Assembly: GCA_012295275.1 (NCBI GenBank)
Contig: CM022671.1
Location: 29,760,001-29,824,000 of the forward strand
DNA: 64,000 nucleotides
Reading direction: 5' to 3'
From: Chrysomallon squamiferum
Lineage: Eukaryota > Animalia > Mollusca
Shown here: positions 51,986 through 64,000 of the stretch, one piece after another
How the letters are laid out: each line of letters starts with the position of its first letter
How positions within the stretch are numbered: the stretch's first letter is position 1
Notes under the pieces: generated by a model
The model's input: the letters and a program-made list of their open reading frames with translations, nothing else
What the model was told of the DNA's origin: nothing
Database searches by the model: none
Translations under genes and position numbers: made by a program

Positions 51986-52032
<47 letters not shown>

Positions 52033-52408
52033 AAATCTTTGAAGTATTTCTTGAAAAATAAGGTAAAAGATCCTAAGTTAAAAAAAAAAAAAAAAAAACA
52101 ACACCCCCAACCCCCCCCAAAAAAAAACCAACAACAAAAAAACAGAAAGGTTTGTAACGTAATTTGAACGTATCAGATATCGGCGAACATGTCCTGTCAT
52201 TTTTCTTACTGACAATGCCTTAAAAATGTCTTAGCGCAGTCGAAATGTATCCACGTGCGAAACTATCGGTGACCATGGAAAACAATGTGTCGAACACTTC
52301 GGTAATTTCCGTTTATAGTCTAGTTACTTTTGTCATAAAAGTACTTTATCTGTATTTTTATTTTTATTTTATTTTATTTTATTTTATTTTATTTTATTTT
52401 AATTTATT

Positions 52409-52453
<45 letters not shown>

Positions 52454-53008
52454 GTTATTGTTATTATTGTTATTATTATTTTACATTTGATTTACTTTTA
52501 AAAAAACATTTTTTATTTTGTATGTAAAAAAATATATATCAGTCAAATATTCATTTGTACAACAACTTGCAAAGCAGAAATTAAAAATTTAGTCGAATGA
52601 TAACGATTAATACTCGCTTGTTTCACGATACACGAACGAACGAACAAAATGCAAACTTACATACATACTGAGACTCTAAGTTTAAAATTAGCTTTTAATA
52701 AACGCGTGCAATTTTATCTCCTCGCGTGGCACAAGTTCCCATATTCGATTACATACAATGTGTATGTTTGTATACAGATAATAAATATAGCATGCTTTTT
52801 TACTACGATATACTGACACGTGACACTTACACATTACGAGTTCTCGTAATGAAGTCAATTACAAGAACAACGGGAGTTGAAACTTTAGTACAAGTTTCCT
52901 GTTAAGCGTACACCATCGTAAACATGTTTCCTTTACATGTCACATAGAAGTAATATAGTATGTAATACAACGATCGCCATAGCTATAGTTAAACTGTCAG
53001 CAGCTATC

Positions 53009-54824
53009 ATGAAGTTCTGGATGTCGTTTCTGGGTAATGGATGTTTCAAAATGATCCTGTTGTTGCTGATGTTCGCGTCGACGTTGACGAAACCGATTAA
53101 AAACGATCAGTGTGAATACAACGTGGACCTGGTTGGAAACACAATTAAAGTGGTTTGTCGTGGAGAAAATTCAAGAATCAGCATCTACGCGAACAACGCC
53201 GACGTCAAAACTGAATATGACTACGTCGAAGAAGAGGCTGAGGAGCATCAGGAAGAGGCTGTTGATGAAAGAAAAAACATGGACGCAGCAACGCCGGAGG
53301 CTGCGTCGTTGAAACTGCAACGCGACCACGCCCCTCAAACGAAATCAGGAATCGTTTTGACCAAAAGGCTCGGGGAAAGGTTTATTAACTCCACCAAGAA
53401 AATGGAAAAGCTAAAACGAAAACTGGCTAAGCATACCATGGCTATGGGCAACATTACTGAACTGCTGACGTATGGAGACGAAGGGCTTCGTTCCGATTTG
53501 GAGGTCATTCGCCGCATGCACCCGAATACCATAATGGTCAAGGAAGCCATGCTGGCCGCCATTAAGAACCAGTACAGTTTCATGAGAACCGCGATTTTAA
53601 CGCAGAACGCGGAACTTTCGAAAATGATGCAGTCTCTGCAAGGCTTGATTGACGTAATCACGAATGACATGCGCAGCTACGCGAGATCTGAAGCAGATTT
53701 GATCCATCAGATATACAGCGTGAACGAGACAATGCTGACCATGAGGAGGATGTTGTCCAATGAGTTCAAGAAGTCGAAGAATAGAATGAATAAAAAAGAA
53801 CGAGGTAATGATAATTAGTTCATATGTATATAATGAAAATTATGTGTGCATCTGTGTGCAACTGTATGCTAAATTTATTAATAATAATATTAATCATAAT
53901 AATCATCATCATCATAATTATCATCATTATCATAATCATAATAAATAAATAAATAAATAAATAAATAAACAGACTGACATATAAACTACATTCATTTGAA
54001 CTGCATTATTTCTCTCATAAATATTTTCAGGAGAGTGTCCGCAAGACATTTCGGCGATCGGTCACGTGGATTCGTTTGATACTGGGAGTGAAAAAGGCAC
54101 ATTTATGAAAGACGCAGCCAGCAAGCACGACAGAGTTTACGTCATGAACGGCGTCAAACAAAGCGATCGTCTGTTCGAGTTCGATTCTGAGCTGGACATG
54201 GAGTACGACTTGATGTCCAGGTCACAGGATCTCCCTTTCCACTGCCAAGGCACGGGTCACGTCGTGTACAAAGGGTTTCTGTTTTGTCAGACGGTGGGGA
54301 AAACTAAAATCGTCAAGTACCATCTGAAGCGTATGGAACGGAGCGGAATTTTAAACCTGGAAAACGCGGGAATTGGCAACACGTATCCTTATCAGTTCGG
54401 CGATTTCAGTGACGTGGATTTGGCTGTGGACGAAAATGGGCTGTGGGTTATCTATGCCACACCGGATTCGGCTGGAAAAATTATAATCAGTAAAGTGAAC
54501 GACGAAAAAATGGAGATAGAGAAAACATGGCTGACGAGCTATCCCAAAAACCTCGCTGGTAATACGTTTCTGATTTGTGGCGTCATGTACGCGACGGCCT
54601 TGACCGAGAAACACAACGTGTTCATTCGATACATGTTTGACACAAACACTCTGAAAGATGGGGTTTTCGGCGAAGGCCACCTCGTCTTCCCTTCAGAGGG
54701 TAATGTGACGGCTTCTGAAACGGTTATGCTTGACTATGACCCGAAAGACGCACGGTTGTATTCGTGGAATAACGGACGCGTTGATGTGTACCAGGCTTAT
54801 CTGCAAGCGTCACGAAAGCACTAA
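53009..54824 (+). CDS. Secreted olfactomedin-domain protein (noelin/myocilin/OLFML-like), about 529 aa
   Basis: Two exons, 53009-53804 and 54031-54824 (phase 1 intron). Signal peptide ...MILLLLMFASTLT, a Cys pair, a coiled-coil region, then an OLF propeller with GTGHVVYKGFLF, DVDLAVDENGLWVIYAT, GNTFLICGVMYA and MLDYDPKDARLYSWNNG. The start codon is uncertain (52937, 53009 or 53051). Confidence 0.93.
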
Positions 54825-56091
54825 AATGTTAAAGTTTTGTAAAATAAGTGTTTCGTTATTGTGACAGTTGCAGATGAAAAATGAATTTGACTGTTCCACT
54901 TTCATGTTTTAAATGTTATTTTATATTTTATATGATTATAATGCTAAAAACATATTATTTATAACCAACATTCTCTGATACTGACGCACAAAATAAAAAA
55001 TAAAAATAATTAAAAAAATGAAGGAAGAAACCATAAATTTATATAACTTTGGTAATGAAAAAGAAGATTCTTTGAGATTTCTCTTTCTTACTTTTTTTTT
55101 TTTTTTTTTTTTTTCTTAAAACAGAATTATTATGAAGGATTTGATTTTCTGGAGATTAATTTCGTTTTTAAGTGTATCCTAGAGTTAGATGGAGACAAAT
55201 ATATATTTTTATGAGACGAGTTTAATTATATCCTGTATTGCATAGAGTTACATTCATTGTATTACAGCTTACTAAAGGGCTGCCCAGTCAGGGTGCTTCC
55301 TTTTCAAACACCACCGCTTGATTGGTTTATCTAAGTCCTCAGTATGTACTTTCCTGTCAGTGAAAAAGGTTTATATGAAACATACCTTCCTGCTAATAGC
55401 TTAAAGTAATCTTTGATATAAGAAAATTATTACCTGACAGTCTTTAATATTAAAATCAGGTGTTAAACATCAGTTCATTTCATATCAAAAGTAACATACA
55501 TAAGCAAGTAGACACTCAACTCGTAAACGCCTGTAGTTTTAAGCAGTTTCGATTCTTTGTGTTAATCTACTTGACACAACTTAAATTTACTCGTAACCAT
55601 TAACCTATCCAATATAAAGAAACCTTGTACAAACAAGAACTGTTTATTTTTTTTTAAGTGTCTGTGTTTGTGCATATTTGCCTGCCTTAACAGACACCTA
55701 ACAAAATGAATGGTGGATTCGGCACACTTCCTATGATAAGATAATTTATCTTGGTCTTGAAATTTCTTAATATATTGCCAAGCACATCTTGATCTGGCAC
55801 AAAATCTAGATAATGTTAGTATTACTTATTAGCGAAGACTGGAACAACTCTCCCGATTTTATGTTGATGTAAAGCAGACATTTCTTCTTGTTCTTGTTTT
55901 CTTGTTCTGCTTGTTTTTGTTCTTGTTCTTGTTCCTTTTCTTATTATTATGTTCTAGTTTGATACCGTCATAATATCAATGAGCATTTAAAAATAATATC
56001 ATTACATCATTTTTAAAATATTATTTTATATTTGATATTATGTAAATAAATGTATTTGAACCTGAATTTATTTCTGTTTTGACACATACTA

Positions 56092-56214
<123 letters not shown>

Positions 56215-56922
56215 CTTTCTTCCCTGTCTGTCTATCTCTCTAGCTATCTCTCTGTCTGAACAATATTCAGGGTAATTAAACAAAGAACTAAAATTTTCTA
56301 ACCTGAAACACGCAACTAAATAACTAGTTTAGGTTTGAACGTGTTCTGTGAGCCAGTACATACACACACAGATAAACGTATGCTAAACACGAGAAACGTA
56401 AATAGTAATCAACACACACACAGACACACACACACACACATTCCCAGTATGATCTCGGTAGAATTCTGTTCCAGAAGCGTTCCACGTTATTAAGAATAAA
56501 TATTTGTTTTGAACAAAATCTTCTAAACACTGTTTAAAACGTACATTATTTAACAACCTTGTCTCTTTTATCTATTCGTTATGAAATTTAATAATTATGG
56601 TGCAGCTAAGGAAAAATTGCCTCAATATCGATTAAAAAGGCATGGCAGTGGATTATGTTCGTTGTTTAGGATGCGTTAAATTTGCTGAATTTTCAAATAC
56701 GTCATTTAATTATTTTATAATTTCACAAGACACGAAGGACAGGGTTAGTCTGATGTTGCATCCGGTACTAACCGGAGATGGCAAATGGTTGAGAACTGCA
56801 AATTATTTTAATAATTAATTTATTTTGTTTGTTTGTCAATTTTAGACACCACCGTCAATAATAAGTGTTTTTTTTTTTTTTTACCTTATCTCCTAATACA
56901 TTTAAACCACACACACACACAC

Positions 56923-57019
<97 letters not shown>

Positions 57020-58186
57020 TTGAAACTAAAATAATAAATGCTTGGATAAATAACCGTAATCTAAATATTAGCTATATACATAATAATTATATGTTAATAT
57101 CAGGAAAAACAGCACGCATTTCAGTAACATTAATATATATATATATATATATATCAAATAAAATAAAAATAAATAAAAATAAAAAAATGTATCAACAGTT
57201 ATGATAACAGACATAAGAACAATTAATGATATATAATTTTAATTAACAGAAACTGAAAAACGTATTATTGCTTAAAGATAATAATAATTATATAGAATTA
57301 GCAATTATCATTAAAGGACAAAAAGTTCGATTGCTAGTTATCGGGAAGCTAAGAAATTAAGGTGGCTATATGTATGTTGCATCAATAATAAAAAAGTTTA
57401 AAAAAGAAAAGATTATTATAATTATTATTAACGTTGTGGTAATCATTAACTTTTATTTATTTATTTATATATTTTAAAATTTATTTTACTATTATTTATG
57501 TTGCTTTCATTATTAAGGCTTAATGTAACTGTAGTGGTTGATGAATAAATTATCTTATATTGCAAATACTCCAATATCTTTCATTTCAGGTATAATTTTC
57601 ACTGTCTTCAATATCCGCTCTTATCTGACATAAATCTTAGAAGGTAGTGTTTTTTTCTTTTTGGAGGAAAACAAAATTTCCAACCAATCAGCTATGTCTG
57701 TTCGCTTCTTTAGTGAAAAATAAAACAAATTAGTTCGAGGCACCTGCGGGTTATGTTCTGTCAAAACAGAAAGGTAGAAAGAATAGCAATGTATATAGTT
57801 TAAAAAATATTTATATATATTATTGTATCAGTAGTGTACAACTGAGGGATCGCCATACCTCTACCATGGTGTTGATTAAAAAACAAGGTGTTCGCGTTTT
57901 CTGCGTATTTATTCAATAAACTATTAATTATTAAATCAATAATTGACTTTAGGAAAATTCATATTTAATATAATTTATGTTTGTAATACAATTCAGTTGA
58001 CAGTTCGGTTATAATGTAAATGAAACGTACTCCAGACTTGCGAAATTAATATGGCATTTATTATTTAAATATACAATTATTTTATAATACAATACAAAAA
58101 AATAAAAATAAAAAATAAAAATAGAAAAGTAATAAATAATAAAAAGTAAAAATAAAATAAAAACAATAAAAAAAATAAAATAAATT

Positions 58187-58222
<36 letters not shown>

Positions 58223-58555
58223 TAAGAATAATAAAAAATAAAAATCCTGTTATAAATTAAAATTTCTATACTTTTTCTTTGCACTTTGTACAGTCATTCT
58301 ATTCATTTGTTATAAAACTCATTCCTTTTTTAAAAGATTCTCAGTACTAAACATTTCTAAACTCATGCAATAAAATATTTATTAATAAAAGATATTTAAA
58401 AACTTATGAAATAAAGAATAACAAAATAGTATATTTACAAATAAATTAAGTCTAGGTGAAAACGAATATGTTTTAATTTTTTAATTTTTTGTTTAATATT
58501 TATTTATTTATTTAAAAATATCTAATTACAGGTATGTTGATGTATAAAGTTTGAA

Positions 58556-58902
58556 ATGTCACATATTGCTATTGTTGTCCCATCTCTAAATGTAATAAAA
58601 AATGGAAACTTTTACACAGTGGACAGAATCAGGTATGCTATTTATTATTTGTCTGTTTAATAACTAATAGTAACAAGGGTATTTTAACAAAACAGAAAAG
58701 AAAGAAAGAAACACAAAGAAAAATACTAAAATAACATTGATGGAATATCTAATATTTCTATGGGGGAAAATACAACAAAAAGAACAAAAACAGGTATTAA
58801 AATAACATCACCATTGTTATTATAATTAAAACAGTGTATAATGCGAAATGCATAATGTATAAATACATACATATAATACATACATACATACATACATACA
58901 TA

Positions 58903-58933
<31 letters not shown>

Positions 58934-59219
58934 CATACATGTTTTCATACTTACATTCATACATACATACATAAATACATACATTCATTCATCCACACAT
59001 TTTTGTTCAGAAGTTTTTGTTAATATTTTATTTTGTAAATTATAAACAGAAGCTACTTGAAGAACCATGGATACACCAGTGTTTTACTTGATCCAAAGAG
59101 TTTTTCAACAAAGAAAGAATTTCAGATTTTTGTTAAAAATGAAGGAGTGGATTTAGTTCTGGGAATACATGCTTACAAGTCTGGGTCTCTCTTACAAGGT
59201 ATCACAAATATCATAAATT

Positions 59220-59268
<49 letters not shown>

Positions 59269-62200
59269 GATATAATGATTTATTGAAATTGTGAATAGTT
59301 ATACACATTTCAGCTTATCTGTTGTTCTGTGAAATGATATTTTAAGTCAAAACGTACACGTCAGAGCACATCCTACATATTGCCAATGTGTCATAAACAT
59401 GTATTAATATTAATTATTTAATTAAAAATATAAGCCAGGGATAATATGGATCTATTTAAGTAGGATCTGTATTTGTCAGATAATTTCTGTGTTTAAATCT
59501 AGTGACCAGTTTCTGCTAAATATATGTCAGTAAAATACATGTAACTATGATAAGAAAATCTTGTATCAGATATTTTTTCTTTTATTATTATTTGATATGT
59601 AAATATTTGATAGGGATCATTTTATGTCAAATCAGCACCAAAAGAGTTTAGTTTTAAAACTTCACTACCTTTTATTTTGCTAAAAATGTGGTTACATCCA
59701 TTTTTTGGCATAAAGTGAAAATTCAAAGGCCCAAAACTATTGCTTCAGTGGAACTAATATTTAAGATTTGGGCTAGATATGTCAAGTCCAAACTACAGAT
59801 AAGCAAAAATCAGATGGTGAGTACTCAGTCTGTTGCTGATTTTTGTAATGCTGGGTACAAAATGAAGTGTTAAAAAGAGATGAAAAAGAAGCCATCAGTT
59901 TGTGCTTGTTATTTCATTCTTATACTTTTTATACCATAGTTGTTCCAGAGGTACATTTTAAAATACATTCCAGCTGCAGATTTATTATTTTTACTTTTAA
60001 CTGAAAACCAACAAACAAACACATTATCATAACTATTCTTTAAAATGTTAACTCCCCATCCTTCTAAAGTCAAAAATAACAACTGTTTGATATTCTGATA
60101 AATGATCTCAACTTTCACAAGATAATAATTAATACAAAGCCTACATGCTTTTTGAGACATTTTTAATATTCATTCATTCTGTATTTATATTATTTATTCC
60201 ATTAAAAATATAATAATAAAACAGTTTTTTATATTTTTTTAAATTTCACTTAGATGCAGGATCTTGTATTTCGGTTCCTTATATTCTGATGCTGGGTGGA
60301 ACAGACATCAATGAATATTCAAAGAATTTAACTTACCTGGAAGTGATGACAAAGGCTGTAAATTCAGCTAGGTAGATAAAATTTGTTTATAAAATAAAAA
60401 AAAATTTAAAGTTTAGTACATTTCTATGAATACATTTTCAGGTAATTTTTATATTTCTGGCAACCTAATTATGTCCTTTTGTAAAGTGATGAAATTACTT
60501 TAAAAATTCTTTTCAACTTTAAGAATGTTTACTTTTCACTTAAATTTTCTTTATAAAAAATGTCTTAGTATTTATAAATTTATATTTTGTTTTTCTTTTC
60601 ATTAGTAAACTTGTAGTTTTTGGAAGGACCATGTTTGACAAAACTAAAGAATTATGGGTAAGAAATGAATTGTAGATTATATTTGTGTTTTTGTCACTTA
60701 ATTCAGTTATTGTATGTCCTGCACATTTTTCACTGTTTGCTTTTGTAACTAAAATATGCACTAGTATTTATCACTAATGTTCAGTTCATATAATTTTTGC
60801 AATCTACACATGGTATCTATTTTTTTAGAAATAGTTTCATATCATTTCAGTTGAAACTGAATACATAAATCAAACTTTTTAATTACTCAGCATCAAATTA
60901 ATTTAAACAAGCAGGATGGCTAATCTCTCATACCCATCCCTGTCTCACCCTCCCCAACTGTACCTTGAAAAAGGGAGTGTAAAAATATTTCTTTACTCTG
61001 CTAAAAGTGGTCCTGCATTTTTAAACTGCTTGCTTGTTTTTGCAGTGTTGTCACTAACAACAATAAGCTTCAGGTTGGTATTTGAGTATTTATTTATGCC
61101 TTGGTATTTAAAAAAAAAAAAAAAAAATAATACATATATTTATGTCTGTTTGTGTGTAATAAATTGTTTCAGAAATATTAACCATTCTGATATCTTTGTT
61201 TTTTTACCCATCTTTTTTATATAATCTTTCTTGTTTCTTGAAGTAATTATCTCATAATCCCTGTTATCATTCTTCAGTATGGCCTGTCATATGAAAATCT
61301 GTAATCAAAACCTACCTCTGGTACACTTTCTTATCATTTGTTTCTTTGAAATATTTATGAAAAATCCTACAACCTAAAAATTAACTATATTTTGTATAAC
61401 TTTCTTTTTTTATCTTTTCTGTTGCATGTAAAATATTATTATAATTTTTTTTTAATGTCATCTTCTTATCAGTATCAGTTCTTGTATATAATTACAATGT
61501 ATTATTAATATTATATCTGAAGTTATAATGTTTATAAAATACAGGCTCTACATCTTCTGGTATTTAATTTTGTACTTTTTAAAATACCTTTTCTCCATTA
61601 ATTATATGTAAACCTTTTTAGTCAGTGGAGTAATCCTAAAAGTTAAGTTATTTTAAATGAGAAAATATCTAAACATTTATTATTATGGATGAAATTTTAA
61701 AAAACGTTTGACTGGTATTTAGATTTGTATGTTTTCTTTTCTGCTTTTTCCCACTAAGTGCATGTTCATAGATTACCTTAAGTTACATTTAATTTGAAGA
61801 AAGTATTTTTATTATTATTATTTTTAAAATCATTTAAAATAGATTTATATTGTAATCTGATCATGGTTTTGTCCTCAAGGAATTTTTTTTCTTCTTAATA
61901 CTGAATGAATGAATGAATAAAAATAAATTTAAAATAAAAAAATAAAAATAAAAATAAAGTATTGGTTTTGTTAAAGCATGCATCATTCAGAAATTGAATT
62001 TGAATGCTATATATTTTAAACTTGTTAAAGAATTTGACTCTAGAATGTGTGTGTGTGTGCGTGTGTGAAAAGTACCTACTGTTTTATTACAAGTAGCCTG
62101 TAGCTCAGTGCGTAGACAACTAATCCAGTACTAATCACAGTTCACAGGATATAATTACTGGTAATCACAATTCAGTCCACACCATTGAGGCCACTGAGTT

Positions 62201-63981
62201 ATTTCCCCTTGCAGCACATGTCATACAACAGGTCTATCAAATATCTTACTTCATTTTTTTCTCTCTGTGTTGATGTAAAAGATATATTGCTGCTAATAAT
62301 TATTAATAATCAATGGTGCCTGGGTTTTATTTTTCCAATAGTTAGTATATAGAAAGAAAATGTTTCACATCTAATTGTGGTTTGTAGCTAAATGTTTCAG
62401 TATGAATATTCATATATTTACATTATTTTTCTCTGTAAATAAAAGATCTGTTCAAATGTAAAAATAAAAAGGAACAGATAAGTAAAAAAAAAATCATATG
62501 TAGATAATGAAAATTAATGTGTTGACTTTAGTTCCAGTGCATGTTTAATATGTTGAATTTTTACATTTCAGCCATACATTCCAGATGAAAAGATCAAAGA
62601 GATAAGGCAAGGTTAGTTTTCCTAATTCTGGTATATAATTAATTCCTATACATACATACGTATATATATATATTATTTTTTGTCATGGACGAAAACAAAT
62701 AAAACCCTATGACAACATTAATCAAGCTACTATTCCTCAGACAAATAAGAAATATGAAAGATGGAACATGTTTCTAATATCATGTTAACTGTAATATTAA
62801 CCAGTTGTATCATGTTTATATAAAGGAAGATTATAGCTACTCTGTTGTCCTGTTTTACTCTTTATTTGTTATAGTTAGGACTATATTAAAAAAAACCCCC
62901 AAAACTGATGATGATAATAATAATAATAATAATAATGGTCACAATCATCTGAAATTTCTTTTATGATTATTATTAACAATTGTGATCAATTAAAAACCAA
63001 CTATTCATATTTTAAATGTATTAAAATAGAAAAAAAATAAAAAAAATTAATACCTTTCTTTAAAAAAAATAAACTGTCATTTTCTTTTCAAAGCTGTAAT
63101 TGTGAAGCCATCCACGTTTTGTCTGTGTGATTACCTGACAACTAAACACCTCATCGAATCATCTCGGTCATCCACAGTAAAAATATTTCTAACTGTCGGA
63201 GGTATACGACCAGTCAAAGATCCCATCTATTTGTTTGATGTTTTTTCTGGTAAGCAAGAGAAATGTTTATTATTATTACTATTCTTCTCCTGCTTCTTCT
63301 TCTTCTTCTTCTTCCTAGTATTGTTATTGTCATTGTCATTGTTATTAATATTATTTTAAAGAGTATTCAACACTTTATGTTGACAACTACAAAGAAAACC
63401 CCCATTAATATCTTCTTTTTGTAAATTCTGTAAATATAAATTTTATGATTTAAAATATAAGTATACTTGCTATTACTCAGTATATTAGAAAGGGATTGTA
63501 TATCACTGATAAAGACTGATAGATGACAAGATTACTCCTCTGTTTTCTATCCTTTGGATTATTCCTGAAGTATTATGTAAAAAGCTCCTTAGTTTATGCA
63601 CAGGGCTGTTTTTTTTAGGTACAACCACTTTTCAAACACTGGTTTTTCAAATGCCCTGGTAAAATATTGCTAATTAGTGAAAGTTCACTTCAAGTGATAT
63701 CCTCTCCTCTTTCACAGAAAAATATCTGTTAGATCTGATGATTGTTATTATTCACTTGTGTTCTGATGTAATTAAACCAGTTTTTTTAGTGTTTCATTAA
63801 AAATATATATCACCTCAGTGCAGTGTTTATGCTTAGAGAATGTATAGATTTTTTACTTGAAAGCAGAAAGGATAAGTTGTTTATTTCATTAACAATGGCC
63901 CAAACACATGTTGTATTTATATGTGTTACAGAATGGCATAAACTGGATGACACAGTTTTCTTGGTTGTTATTGGACCTAAG
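58556..63981 (+). CDS. GLT1D1: Glycosyltransferase 1 domain-containing protein 1 (GT-B fold), 3' part lies beyond the window
   Basis: Exons 58556-58632, 59050-59198, 60254-60371, 60606-60657, 62572-62611, 63094-63249 and 63932-63981 in continuous frame. Motifs [57 protein letters not shown] and FLVVIGP correspond to GLT1D1 motifs (GNAVTAQRVR, GGTDVNE, GLRQVKDPLYL). Confidence 0.88.
62093..62430 (+). mobile_element. Degenerate tRNA-derived SINE in a GLT1D1 intron
   Basis: Head ctgtagctcagtgcgtaga. Core gagttatttccccttgcagc...gtaaaagatatattgctgctaat. Related to the copies at 14935 and 32160. Confidence 0.5.
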
Positions 63982-64000
63982 GTAAATTCATTTCTTTTTA

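Noticed and set aside
53335-54680. Antisense ORFs over the olfactomedin exons
   Set aside because: Shadow ORFs of a GC-richer coding sequence with no independent motifs.
62093-62170. tRNA gene (tgtagctcagtgcgtaga head)
   Set aside because: No B box or cloverleaf. It is a decayed SINE head.

Overview
AT-rich, intron-rich animal DNA with many microsatellites, most likely from a mollusc. The gene content suggests this, and a SINE family resembles one I recall from gastropods. Six spliced protein-coding genes were assembled by hand from GT-AG junctions and frame continuity. (1) A single-pass membrane protein with a Cys-rich cytoplasmic region and a Ser/Arg tail (minus, 2162-12012). (2) NDUFS8 (plus, 13807-17272). 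(3) A 16-exon Pif/BMSP-family shell-matrix-like protein with VWA, chitin-binding and duplicated LamG-like modules (minus, 19798-29794). (4) A universal stress protein with two tandem 81-nt versions of exon 2 (minus, 41574-50722). (5) A secreted olfactomedin-domain protein (plus, 53009-54824). (6) GLT1D1, truncated by the window end (plus, from 58556). Also present are hAT-type MITEs, degenerate SINEs, minisatellites and a striking CpG mosaic. The most interesting signals are the mutually exclusive exon pair in the USP gene, the exon-block duplication in the Pif-like gene, and microexons plus uORFs in the Cys-rich membrane gene. Most short ORFs in the supplied track are microsatellite artefacts.
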